A stretch of 64,000 nt of DNA from assembly GCA_963696395.1 (NCBI GenBank), contig CAVOJZ010000002.1, forward strand, positions 363,989 to 427,988. Reading direction: 5' to 3'. Positions 40,939-51,400 of this stretch are shown one piece after another. This DNA is from an uncultured bacterium (GTDB lineage: Bacteria > Patescibacteriota > Minisyncoccia > UBA6257 > 2-01-FULL-56-20). How positions within the stretch are numbered: the stretch's first letter is position 1; the number at the start of each line of letters is the position of its first letter. The translations under genes were made by a program, and so were the position numbers. Below the pieces are notes generated by a model that was not told where the DNA came from, did not search any database, and was given only the letters and a program-made list of their open reading frames with translations.

Positions 40939-42474
40939 ATGGCAAAGAAAACAGCGATCCTTATCGTGCTCGACGGCTGGGGCATCGGGGCGAACAACGA
41001 ATCGAACCCTATCTATATCGTTAAGCCGCCGATCTTTGACTGGCTCGCGCAGAACTATCCGGTAACCAGCGTCCAGGCTTCGGGTATCGCCGTAGGCCTC
41101 CCATGGGGTGAAGTCGGCAATAGTGAAGTGGGTCACTTAACGATCGGCGCCGGAAAGGTGCTCTACCAATATTATCCGAAAATCACGATGGCGATCCGCG
41201 ACGGCAGTTTCGCACAAAACAAAGTTTTGAACGACGCGTTCGACCACGTGGTCAAAAATAACAGCGCCATCAATTTCGCCGGCCTTCTCACGAAGGCGAA
41301 TGTTCATGCGTCAATCGAGCATCTTGGAACGCTCATCAAACTTGCCGAGGAGCACGGGATCAAAAACATCAACCTTCATTTGTTTGCCGACGGAAAGGAC
41401 AGCCCCCCGCGTTCGCTCGAAAGTTTTTTGAAGGAAATTCCGAAACAATATCTCGCCTCGCTCGTCGGCCGCTACTACGGGATGGACCGCAACGGCAACT
41501 GGCGCCTCACGGAAACCTCCTACCAATTAATGCTCGGCAAACTCGGTCCCGTCGTGACCGACCCGACGCCGCTCATCGAAGCAACCTACAAGCAGGGCTC
41601 GACGGAAGAATATTTAACGCCGATGCGATTTTCCGAAGATAAAAAATTGCAGGACGGCGACGCGCTTATCTTCTTTAATTACCGGGAAGACAGCATCCGG
41701 CAGATCGCGGCATCGTTCATTGTGAAACCGTTCGACAAATTCCCGACGGTCCCCTTCGCCAATTTATATCTCGCGACCATGACGCACTACGATGATTCGT
41801 TCCAGGTGCCGATCATCTGCGAAGCTGACACCGTCACCGTTCCTCTCGGAAAAGTTCTGAGCGATAAAGGGTTCGCCCAGCTTCGCATCGCCGAAACCTA
41901 TAAGTACGCCCACGTCACCTATTTCTTTAACGGTCTCCGAGAACCGCCTTTCCCGGGCGAATACCGCACGCTCATCCCCTCAAACTCCAATCTTCATCCG
42001 GAAGAGCATCCGGAAATGATGGCAAGCGCGATTACCGACCGCCTCATCGAAGCCATCAACAGCAAGGGGTTCCAGTTCATCCTCGTTAATTATGCGAATG
42101 CCGACGCCATCGCGCACACGTCGGACTACAACGCAGCGCTCGAAGCGGTCCGGGTGATCGACCGTGAAATCACGCGCGTCCTTAAAGTCGCCGAAGACCC
42201 CGATATTCTGCTCATGATCACAAGCGACCACGGCAACATCGAAGAGATGATCGACATCATGACCGGCCTGCCCGAGAGCCAGCACGACGCGAGCCCGGTG
42301 CCGCTCTATATTGTGGCGGAGGAATTTAAGGGAAAGAAGTTCGTGAATGCCGATACGCGGGCCGAAGAAAGCCTTGGCTCGCTTGCAGACATCACGCCAA
42401 CCCTACTCGCCATTATGGGAATCGAGAAGCCGCCGGAAATGACCGGCGAGAGCATGCTTGGAGGATTGATTTGA
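40939..42474 (+). CDS. gpmI: 2,3-bisphosphoglycerate-independent phosphoglycerate mutase
   Basis: LDGWG, GNSEVGH, GRYYGMDR, AETYKYAHVT, SDHGN. Confidence 0.95.
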   Translation: MAKKTAILIVLDGWGIGANNESNPIYIVKPPIFDWLAQNYPVTSVQASGIAVGLPWGEVGNSEVGHLTIGAGKVLYQYYPKITMAIRDGSFAQNKVLNDAFDHVVKNNSAINFAGLLTKANVHASIEHLGTLIKLAEEHGIKNINLHLFADGKDSPPRSLESFLKEIPKQYLASLVGRYYGMDRNGNWRLTETSYQLMLGKLGPVVTDPTPLIEATYKQGSTEEYLTPMRFSEDKKLQDGDALIFFNYREDSIRQIAASFIVKPFDKFPTVPFANLYLATMTHYDDSFQVPIICEADTVTVPLGKVLSDKGFAQLRIAETYKYAHVTYFFNGLREPPFPGEYRTLIPSNSNLHPEEHPEMMASAITDRLIEAINSKGFQFILVNYANADAIAHTSDYNAALEAVRVIDREITRVLKVAEDPDILLMITSDHGNIEEMIDIMTGLPESQHDASPVPLYIVAEEFKGKKFVNADTRAEESLGSLADITPTLLAIMGIEKPPEMTGESMLGGLI

Positions 42475-42500
42475 AACGACTTAGGAAAAGATTAGTGTAT

Positions 42501-42690
42501 ACGCGGGACTTTGCTTGCGCGCGGACTTGTGCCGCAAACGGAAGCGAGAGGGAATGCATGAGCGAATAGAAAAAATGCGGGGTGCCCCCGCGCTTGTCGC
42601 GGATGGGCCGCATTTTTTCGTTACGAGCGAGCTGCATTTCCGGAGCTGGAGTTACTAGGCACAAGTCCGCGCGCAAGCAAAGTCCCGCGT
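42501..42690. repeat. 190 bp element with perfect 33 bp terminal inverted repeats (MITE/REP-like)
   Basis: ACGCGGGACTTTGCTTGCGCGCGGACTTGTGCC (42501-42533) and its exact reverse complement (42658-42690); inner IR GAAAAAATGCGG/CCGCATTTTTTC. Confidence 0.85.
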
Positions 42691-42704
42691 GGTATAATCA
42701 ATCC

Positions 42705-43073
42705 ATGCACTGGCTCATAAAAGCACTCATCGTCATCCTGGGCAACGCCCTCGCGCTGTGGCTCGCGTATCTTTGGGTGCCGGGATTTGTTTTGACCGCG
42801 AATTTTTTACAGCTCTTCGTGATTGGTATTATCCTTGCCGTCCTCAACTTTTTACTCAAACCACTCCTTGCGCTCGTTCTCGGTCCTATCATCCTTCTCA
42901 CGCTCGGACTCGGCATCATTATCGTGAACGCAATCATCCTTTATCTGCTTCCGATTCTCGCGGATCATCTTGACTTCCTACGTGGAAGCATTACCATTCA
43001 GAGCATTCCGGCGCTCTTCCTCGCAACCATAATCGTAAGCGTCGTCAATTTCTTAATTCATCTCATTGCATAG
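42705..43073 (+). CDS. Phage holin-like 4-TM membrane protein (YvlD/DUF360 type)
   Basis: NALAL..VPG, LNFLLKP, PIILLTLGL..VNA. Confidence 0.8.
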   Translation: MHWLIKALIVILGNALALWLAYLWVPGFVLTANFLQLFVIGIILAVLNFLLKPLLALVLGPIILLTLGLGIIIVNAIILYLLPILADHLDFLRGSITIQSIPALFLATIIVSVVNFLIHLIA

Positions 43074-43074
43074 C

Positions 43075-43287
43075 ATGCTCACCATCATCCAAATCGCTAT
43101 CGCTATCGTCATCATCGTCCTCATCCTCCTCCAGGAACGCTCCTCCGGCATGTCCGGCCTTTTTGGCGGGGACAGCGGCGGGCTGTACCAGACACGCCGG
43201 GGCATGGAGAAAACAATGTTCTATCTCACGATCATTATGTGTATCGCCTTTGTCGGCATTGCGGTGTTTCAGCTGTACCGCCCGTAA
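43075..43287 (+). CDS. secG: Preprotein translocase subunit SecG
   Basis: ILLQ..GMSGLFGG..TRRGMEK, two TMs. Confidence 0.92.
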   Translation: MLTIIQIAIAIVIIVLILLQERSSGMSGLFGGDSGGLYQTRRGMEKTMFYLTIIMCIAFVGIAVFQLYRP

Positions 43288-43319
43288 GCATTCCGGGCAA
43301 TCCTCGGTTCTTTTTTTAT

Positions 43320-45011
43320 ATGACATGGTTTAAAAAAATCTTTGCGGCTCTCTCGCGCGGAGAACGCGCCGTTTTTCTTGTTGCGCTTGCCGGCGCTCTC
43401 GTGAGTTTTATTGTCGTGATGGGTATTTTGTATACGAACGTCACGAGAGCCGTGCCGGCTCAGGGCGGCGAATTTATTGAAGGCGCGATCGGCCAGCCGG
43501 AATACGTCAATCCGGTTATCGCCGAATCGCAGACGGATCTCGACCTTGTGCGGATGATGTACAGCAATATCAATGACATTGCGGATTCCATCAGCGTATC
43601 AACCGACACGCGCACGTGGACTGTCCACTTGAAGGACGGCCTCACATGGCAGGACGGGCAAAAGCTCACGAGCGATGACGTGGTTTTTACCGTGCAATCG
43701 ATCCAGGATCCGGACGCCCATTCCCCTTTCTATGCAAGCTGGCAGGGCGTTGCCGTGAGTCGTATGAGCGAGCTTGAAGTGCAATTCACCTTGGTTAACC
43801 CCTATGCATTTTTTGCCGACAACCTCGCAAATCTTTACGTCGTTCCGAAACATCTTTTTGCCGATACGCCGCCCGGCAACTGGCACCTTTCGGATTACAA
43901 CTTGAAACCGATCGGAAGCGGACCATACAAGTTTTCGTCCTATGAAAAAAATAGTGATGGGTTCATCACGGGATACAATCTCGAAGCGTGGAGCGGCAAC
44001 GGCGCGCATCCCCTCATCCAAAATTTTGATTTTCAATTCGTGACCGATGAAAATACGCTGGTCGGTGATTTTAACAGCGGCCAGATAGACGCATTCGGAA
44101 ACGCAACACCCGAAGATATTTCAGAGATCGAGCGCCCCTACGATTCATTTGCGTGGCGAACATCCGGTTACTATGCGGTTTTCCTCAATGAAAGCAAGAA
44201 TCTTGCTCTCCAGGATCCGGCGGTGCGGATTGCGCTCACATCCTCACTCGACCGCACGGATATTGCAAATCAGGTCTTCAACGGTAATGCCGCAAGCGAC
44301 GTCGGACCAATCCCACCCGATGCCGCGTATTTCACTCCGCTCACAACAACCTCTTCGCTCGATTTTGCCTCGACAACACTCACCAATGCCGGCTGGGTTT
44401 TTCCTGGTGCTTCCTCCTCAACCGACGCGGCCGACTCAAGCTCAACGGTGCCCGCAAATATTTTCCGTTCAAAAACCATCAATGGCACCCAGATTCCTTT
44501 GGTGATAAATCTCACCGTGCCGCAGATTGATTTTCTTGCAAAAACGGCAACGCTCCTCCAGTCCGCATGGCAATCCATCGGCATCCAGGTGAACATTATG
44601 CCCGATTCGGCTGACGACATTGCGAATCAGACAATCAAGAACCGGGACTATGAAGCGCTCCTTTTTGGAAATGTGCTGGGACCGAGCTCGGATCTTTATT
44701 CATTCTGGGATTCTTCGCAGCGGTTTTATCCCGGGCTGAATCTTGCGATCTACAGCAATAAGAATGTTGACGCCGCCATCGAGGATGCGCGCCAGCAAAC
44801 GAGCAGTACCCTCATCGCATCGGATATGGCGATTGCGCAAACCGATATCGCAAACGACAATCCTGCAATCTTCCTTTATTCGCCGGACTACGTATATGTG
44901 ACGAATAAAAATGTCCAGGGCATTGCAACGAGCACATTGCTCGCGGACCCATCAGACCGGTTCAACGAAGTGCCCGAATGGTATTTAAATACCGCCCGCG
45001 TCCTCAAATAA
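43320..45011 (+). CDS. Peptide ABC transporter substrate-binding protein (family 5)
   Basis: W.DG..LTSDDVVFT, PIGSGPYKF, VRIAL; N-terminal TM. Confidence 0.88.
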   Translation: MTWFKKIFAALSRGERAVFLVALAGALVSFIVVMGILYTNVTRAVPAQGGEFIEGAIGQPEYVNPVIAESQTDLDLVRMMYSNINDIADSISVSTDTRTWTVHLKDGLTWQDGQKLTSDDVVFTVQSIQDPDAHSPFYASWQGVAVSRMSELEVQFTLVNPYAFFADNLANLYVVPKHLFADTPPGNWHLSDYNLKPIGSGPYKFSSYEKNSDGFITGYNLEAWSGNGAHPLIQNFDFQFVTDENTLVGDFNSGQIDAFGNATPEDISEIERPYDSFAWRTSGYYAVFLNESKNLALQDPAVRIALTSSLDRTDIANQVFNGNAASDVGPIPPDAAYFTPLTTTSSLDFASTTLTNAGWVFPGASSSTDAADSSSTVPANIFRSKTINGTQIPLVINLTVPQIDFLAKTATLLQSAWQSIGIQVNIMPDSADDIANQTIKNRDYEALLFGNVLGPSSDLYSFWDSSQRFYPGLNLAIYSNKNVDAAIEDARQQTSSTLIASDMAIAQTDIANDNPAIFLYSPDYVYVTNKNVQGIATSTLLADPSDRFNEVPEWYLNTARVLK

Positions 45012-45026
45012 TCCGGCCCCGGATAT

Positions 45027-45056
45027 TTGACTTTTTTGCCTCCTCTCTGATATACT
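45027..45056 (+). promoter_or_regulatory. Promoter for tRNA-Leu/rnj, TTGACT-18-TATACT
   Basis: Read directly about 100 nt upstream of the tRNA. Confidence 0.55.
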
Positions 45057-45159
45057 CAAGTTTCCAAGGTTAATCACTCTTTCTTTCCGAAATCCGCATG
45101 AAATACGCCCGTCGCAATATCCTGAGTCATCACGCGTGATTTTTGTACCCAATCCCCTT

Positions 45160-45243
45160 GCCGGGGTGGCGGAACTGGCAGACGCACTGGTTTCAGGTAC
45201 CAGCGGCCGCAAGGCCATAGGAGTTCGAATCTCCTCCTCGGCA
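45160..45243 (+). tRNA. tRNA-Leu (anticodon CAG), CCA not encoded
   Basis: GCCGGGG/CCTCGGC acceptor, CTGGT-TTCAGGT-ACCAG anticodon arm, long variable arm, TTCGAAT, A73. Confidence 0.95.
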
Positions 45244-45299
45244 CACAGGCAGATCGCGACAAACAAACTAATTAAAAATAAATTAACCAACAATTGCAG

Positions 45300-47246
45300 A
45301 TGAATAAAAAAACTGAAAGTCAAAAAATAGAGCCCCAGTCGGCCTCCATTACGGAACGGCCGCGTATACGGCCGCCCGAGATCCGGCCGCGCCCGGCAAC
45401 GCCCGCTGCTCCTGCGCATACCCAGCCAAAGGCTCCGTCCGAAGGACGACCGGCTCGCAAACCGGGCGGCGGACACCGCCCGCCCCGCGGCGCCCGCACA
45501 CCGGCGCCGGGCAAATCAAACAATCCAAAGCTTGGTCCTCGCCGCGAATCACAGCCGCAACAGGCTGTCGTACAGCAGGCAAACGGCGAAGCTGTCCGCT
45601 TTGTGCCGCTTGGCGGCCTCGAAGAGGTCGGCCGCAACTGTATGTTTCTTGAATATAAAAATGAAATCGTAATCATTGATGTCGGTTTGCAGTTCCCCGA
45701 AGAGGAAACGCCCGGCATTGATTACATCATTCCGAACATCCAGTATCTCGAAAAGAAAAAAGAAAATATCGCCGCGATCATCCTGACGCACGGCCATTAC
45801 GACCATATCGGTGCCTTGCCACATCTGCTCGCCAAGCTCGGCAATCCCCCGATCTACGCGACCTCGATCACAAAAGCGATAATCGAGAAGCGCCAGGAGG
45901 ATTTTCCAAATTCCCCAAAGATGAACGTGCTCACCGTGAAGAACGGCAGCGACGTAAAAGTCTCAAATAACTTCAGCGCACTGTTCTTCGGCGTGCCGCA
46001 TACGATCCCCGAAACCACGGGCGTCCTCATGCGCACACCGGCGGGCAACATCGTGCACTTTGCGGACTTCCGCGTTGACTACAACGACGAAGGCGAGCCG
46101 CAAGGCCTCGATGAATTTGAAAAAATCGGCAAGATGGGCGTCCACAGTTTTATGGTGGACAGCACGAACGCCGAAAAGCCGGGGCATTCCGTTTCCGAAA
46201 AAACCGTCGAGCGAAATCTTGAAGAAATTTTCAAGAAAGCCGAAGGCCGAATCATCGTGGCAACATTCGCGTCGCTTCTCACGCGCATCGCGGAAATCAT
46301 TAAGATCGCGGAAAAACTCGGCCGCAAAGTTGCGCTCAACGGCTATTCCATGAAGACGAATATCCAGATTGCGCAGACGCTCGGCTTCGTTAAAGCAAAA
46401 GAAGGCACCATCATCGCCGTCGAGGAGGTGAACAAGATGAAAGACGACAAAATTCTCATCCTTTCCACCGGCGCCCAGGGCGAATCGAACGCCGGCCTCA
46501 TGAAGATGATCAACGGCGAACATCGCCACATCAAGATCAAGCCGGGCGATACAATGGTGCTTTCATCGTCCATCATTCCGGGCAATGAAAAGAGCGTGCA
46601 GACCGTGAAAGACAATCTCGCCCGCCAAGGCGCAATCGTTTACCATTCATCCCTCGTGGACATCCACTCTTCCGGCCACGCGCCGAAAGACGATTTGAAG
46701 CTCGTGATGAAACTCATCAATCCGAAATTCCTCGTGCCGGTGCACGGCTACTACTTCATGCGCGCCGCGAACGGCCTCTCCGCACGCGAAGTCGGCATCC
46801 CGAAGGAAAATATCATGCTCATGGACAACGGCCAGGTTGCCGAGCTCACGCAAGATAAATTCATCGTCACCAAAGAAGAAGTGCCGGCGTTCTACGTGAT
46901 GGTTGACGGCCTCGGCGTTGGCGACGTGGAGGAAGTTGTTTTGCGTGACCGCCGCGCGCTCTCGCAGGAAGGCATGATTGTGATCATCCTCACCATGGAT
47001 CGCGACAAGGGGCGCGTCCTCAAAAATCCGGACATCATTTCCCGCGGTTTCATCTACCTCAAAGAAAACCAGGAGATGCTCGACGAAATCCGCAAACGCA
47101 TCCGCGGTCTCATGCAGCGCCTGCCGTCATATCGCGAAGTTGAACCCGATTATCTGAAGACGCTCATCCGCGACCAGGTCGGGCAATACCTCTACACGAA
47201 GACCAAGCGCCGCCCGATGATTCTGCCGGTCATCATTGAGATATAG
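45300..47246 (+). CDS. rnj: Ribonuclease J with Pro/Arg-rich N-terminal extension
   Basis: PLGGLEEVGRN, THGHYDHIG, DSTNA, HSSGH, PVHG, RRPMILP. Confidence 0.96.
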   Translation: MNKKTESQKIEPQSASITERPRIRPPEIRPRPATPAAPAHTQPKAPSEGRPARKPGGGHRPPRGARTPAPGKSNNPKLGPRRESQPQQAVVQQANGEAVRFVPLGGLEEVGRNCMFLEYKNEIVIIDVGLQFPEEETPGIDYIIPNIQYLEKKKENIAAIILTHGHYDHIGALPHLLAKLGNPPIYATSITKAIIEKRQEDFPNSPKMNVLTVKNGSDVKVSNNFSALFFGVPHTIPETTGVLMRTPAGNIVHFADFRVDYNDEGEPQGLDEFEKIGKMGVHSFMVDSTNAEKPGHSVSEKTVERNLEEIFKKAEGRIIVATFASLLTRIAEIIKIAEKLGRKVALNGYSMKTNIQIAQTLGFVKAKEGTIIAVEEVNKMKDDKILILSTGAQGESNAGLMKMINGEHRHIKIKPGDTMVLSSSIIPGNEKSVQTVKDNLARQGAIVYHSSLVDIHSSGHAPKDDLKLVMKLINPKFLVPVHGYYFMRAANGLSAREVGIPKENIMLMDNGQVAELTQDKFIVTKEEVPAFYVMVDGLGVGDVEEVVLRDRRALSQEGMIVIILTMDRDKGRVLKNPDIISRGFIYLKENQEMLDEIRKRIRGLMQRLPSYREVEPDYLKTLIRDQVGQYLYTKTKRRPMILPVIIEI

Positions 47247-47255
47247 CTCGCAGTC

Positions 47256-47397
47256 AAACCTCCCGAATCGTATTCTCGGGGTCGGCGTCGCTCCGTTCTC
47301 GGAGCGCGCCTAACTCTCGGCGCGAGCCAGCTTCCTTACCAATGGTTGCTCTTGCTCGCACCTCCGAGATACCCCTCAAATGCGATTCGGGAGGTTT
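47256..47397. repeat. Long nested inverted-repeat (hairpin) intergenic element
   Basis: AAACCTCCCGAATCGTATT / AATGCGATTCGGGAGGTTT outer arms; inner TCTCGGAG/CTCCGAGA and GCGAGC/GCTCGC. Confidence 0.75.
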
Positions 47398-47422
47398 TCC
47401 TTGCTCGTGATATAATCACCTT

Positions 47423-48409
47423 ATGAAACAAGTTCTCGTATCAGGGATGCAGCCAACCGGCCGATTGCACATCGGCAATTATTTGGGCGCTCTCAAAAAT
47501 CTTGTGGACCTGCAAAACTCAGGAAAGTACGATTGTTACTTCCCCGTTGTGGACCTCCATTCGATCACTGAAAATTTCAGTCCGAAAGAAAAAACGCAGC
47601 AAATCCTTTCGCTCGCCGCCGATTACCTCGCTGCCGGGCTCGACCCGAAAAAATCCACCATTTTTCTCCAATCGCATGTTGCGGCGCATTCCGAACTCGC
47701 ATGGATTTTAAGTACCGTCGCGCCGATGGGCGAACTCGAGCGAATGACGCAATTTAAGGACAAGGCGAGCCGGCAAGCGCTGAACATCAATGTCGGCCTT
47801 TTTACGTATCCCGTGCTCATGGCTGCGGACATCGTCCTTTATAATGCGACCGCAGTCCCCGTTGGCGACGACCAACTCCAACACCTCGAACTCACGCGAA
47901 CGCTTGCCCGCAAATTTAACACCCGCTTCGGTGAAACCTTTATCGAGCCGAAAGGCGTTACCACCCAGACGTCACGGGTGATGAGCCTGAAAGACCCTTC
48001 AAAGAAAATGTCGAAGTCGCAGCCGGAAGGTTGTTTATTCCTCGACGATACGCCGAAAGAGATTGCCGAGAAGATTGCGCGGGCCGTCACAGACTCCGGA
48101 TCGGAGATTGATTATAATCCGGAGAAAAAACCCGGTCTTTCAAATCTGCTTGAGATATACGGCGCGCTCACCCACATGGAGCCGAAGATGGTTGCAAAAG
48201 AATTCGCCGGCGAAAAATATTCCGATCTCAAAAAACGCCTTGCGGAGGTTGTAGTGGACTATTTCGCGGAATACCGTGAACGAAAACTGGAATTGTTTTC
48301 GCACCCAAAGAAGCTTTTGGCAATCCTTCAGGATGGATCAAAAAAAGCGGCGAAAGTAGCCGACAAAAAGATGGAAGAGGTGCGGAAAAAAATCGGGATC
48401 GCGCTTTAG
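47423..48409 (+). CDS. trpS: Tryptophan--tRNA ligase
   Basis: [35 protein letters not shown]. Confidence 0.97.
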   Translation: MKQVLVSGMQPTGRLHIGNYLGALKNLVDLQNSGKYDCYFPVVDLHSITENFSPKEKTQQILSLAADYLAAGLDPKKSTIFLQSHVAAHSELAWILSTVAPMGELERMTQFKDKASRQALNINVGLFTYPVLMAADIVLYNATAVPVGDDQLQHLELTRTLARKFNTRFGETFIEPKGVTTQTSRVMSLKDPSKKMSKSQPEGCLFLDDTPKEIAEKIARAVTDSGSEIDYNPEKKPGLSNLLEIYGALTHMEPKMVAKEFAGEKYSDLKKRLAEVVVDYFAEYRERKLELFSHPKKLLAILQDGSKKAAKVADKKMEEVRKKIGIAL

Positions 48410-48411
48410 CG

Positions 48412-51400
48412 TTATACCTTTCGAATTGCAACCCACGCCTCCTGCCCCTCAATCTGCGTCGCCTGCTCCGCGATAAACTTATCCGACCGCTTGTATTCAA
48501 TTGCCTTTGCACCGACTTCGGCCTTGAACAACGCCTCATTATTTTCTATCGCCGTTTTGGCGTCGCCTTGCAGTTGAAGTAAAACGGCAATTCTGTCTTT
48601 CGGCGAAAGCCCGGCCTTCTGCCGCAATTCCTGCACCATACGCACAAAATCACGCAACAACCCTTCCTGCCGCAGAGCGGGCGTTATCGTTGTATCGAGC
48701 TCACAGGCCTCCGCCATTAAGCGGGCCTTGGCTGGCGGCACCACCAAAACTTTTTTCACGTTCACTTCGTCGGCCAAAATTGCAAGCAGGGGTTTAAGGG
48801 ATTTTAATGTCTGATCTTTCACCCGAAACTCCGCGAGCGGCTGGCGCACTTTGATTCCCGCTTCCGAACGCTTCCCGAGCCCGTGCGCCGCAAGATCTCT
48901 GACCGCTTTCATTCCCGCAATCATTTTTTTATCAACCGCTTTTTTATCCGCGGACGGCCAGGCGTCCAGATGAACCGACTCGAACGCTCCGCCAAGCGGT
49001 GCATACAAGATTTCCGAAAAGAATGGCGTGAATGGTGCCATCAGTTTCACGAGCGTGAGCAACGCGTGTCCGAGCATCGCCGATGCGGCTTTGTAATCGG
49101 CTGCGTTATCGGGTTTTTGGAGTCTCCGACGAGAGCGACGGATATACCATCGGGAAAGATCGTCAACGAGCGTTTCGATTTCAAGGGCGGCTTCGCGAAT
49201 CTCATATTGGTTTACATGTTCAGTCACCGAAAGGGTCGCTTCATTCAGCCGAGCAAAAATCCATGCGTCGAGTGCGTTTTTTGTACTGATCGCTCTGGCT
49301 TTCTGGTCGGCGTAGGTTCTCCAGAAAATAAATGAGTTGTAGACAATGAGATGCACGCGCCGAAAAGCTTTTGCAACTTCGCGGTCATCGAAATTTTTCG
49401 GCTCGCCAAGCGGAACGCTCGTATAGAAATACCACCTGAGCGCATCCACGCCCTGAGCGTCGATCATCGAAAACGGTTCGACAATGTTGCCCTTTGACTT
49501 GGACATCTTCTGCCCGAATTTGTCATTGATAAGGCCGAGCGCCACAACGTTCTTGTAGGGTGCCTGATAGCCAAGCGCTGTTGCGATGGCAAGAAGTGTA
49601 TAGAACCAGCCCCTCGTCTGATCCATACCTTCGGCAATATATTCCGCCGGATAATCGAGTTTTGATAATGTTTTAGCTCCGACGTTTTTACCTTCTGCCG
49701 CCACGCTGAACGGATAATGAGACTGTGCATACGGCATTGCTCCCGAGTCGTACCAGACGTCGGCGACTTCGCGGACCCGCTTCATGATTCCTTTTTTGCA
49801 ATGAGCACATGGGAAATCGATCGTGTCCGCGAATGGCCGGTGGAGGTCAACTTCGCCCGTGTCGTTTCGGGGAACCACCTTCACGCGCAAACTGCGGATC
49901 TCTGCAAAACCGATAAAGTCGTCACCGCGCGCTTCCTTCTCGACAACCGCGCGCTTCTTGCTCCACCCTTCCGCCGCCTGCGTAAGCATCCACGTTGGAT
50001 ATTCATGCGTCACGAGCAGGATATTTTTGCCTTCATGCTTCGCCTCGCATTTTTTTATAAACTCCCACGTGCGGGTTCGAAGATCAACCAACGACTCCCC
50101 TCCCTCCGGCCGCTCCGCAAACCGCGATTCATAGGTCGGAAACATCTCGCCGTATTTCTTATCTTTATATCCCGTAAGTTTCGGCCCCAAATGAATTTCT
50201 TCGATCGCCGAATCAAGCATTGGCTTCACGCCCAAAATTTCGCCGACGATAGCCGCCGTTTCCATGGTTCGTGCAACGTCAGAATCAATAAGCACATCGA
50301 TTTTCGCGCGATGCTTGCCGAGTGACTTCTTAAATTCCTCCGCCGCCTTCGCAGCCTGTTTTTTGCCGCGTGGGGTAAGCTTTAAGTTTTTCCGTTGACC
50401 CGAATCGATAATATGAAATACGTTTGCCTCGGATTCGCCGTGCCGCATAATCCAATAGTTATTCTTTGAACCGCCCGCGAGTTCATCCAACGAATCCAGA
50501 CTCGAAACGACATCGGTGTGCCCGCACGATGCACATTCCCAGATGGGAAGCGGAGCGCCCCAATAACGCTCCCTCGAAAGATTCCAATCTTTTGCCTCCT
50601 TAATCCATTCGCCAAATCTGCCGTCTTTCACGTGTTCGGGCATCCAGTTGATGGTTTTATTTCGGGCCATGAGCTCCTTTCGCAAACCGCTCATGCCGAT
50701 AAACCACGACGTTCGGGCGTAATATAAAATTGCCGTTCCACAGCGCCAACAATATGGATATTCGTGAGTGTAAGTTTCGGTTCGCAAAAGATTTCCATTC
50801 GCCTTGAGATGGGCGAAAATCTTTTCCTCGGCGTCCTTCGACTTCACGTACAATCCCGCAAGTCCTTTCACGTCCGCTTTAAACTTTCCCTCTTCATCAA
50901 CCGTATGCTTTTCCGGAAGACCTATTCGTTTTCCGAGTGCATAGTCATCTTCGCCGTACATCACGGCAGTATGCACGACGCCGGTGCCGTCGGTCGTCGT
51001 CACAAAATCAGCAGGATACACCTTGTACGACGACGACGTTTTGAGGGCAGGGACAGCAAAAAGCGGTTCGTATTCCAATCCCACCAATTGCGAGCCTGTG
51101 ATTTTTCGCGGAGCGCTTCCGCCATCGAGACCCAAGTCTTTCAGCCGATCCTCCGCTGCGATCAAGTATTCCCCGTCTTTTTCCACGGCGTAATACGGTA
51201 TCTTCGGGCCAACCGCAAGCGCGACGTTTCCCGGCAACGTCCAAGGGGTTGTCGTCCACGACAATATATATATTTTGTCCGAAGGTTCAATTGTATGATC
51301 GCCAATCTTTTGCCCGGGTTTTAATCTAAATTTAACGTACACCGAATTATCCACGGTTTCCTTATATCCCTGAGCGAGCTCGTGCGAAGAAAGCGACGTT

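Noticed and set aside
45098-45139. Mini-ORF MKYARRNILSHHA in the tRNA-Leu leader
   Set aside because: No initiation signal, codon bias or attenuator structure; an ORF this short is expected by chance.
47256-47422. T-box riboswitch upstream of trpS
   Set aside because: No T-box consensus (GGTGGNACCGCG) seen, and trpS has a -10 box 6 nt before its ATG.
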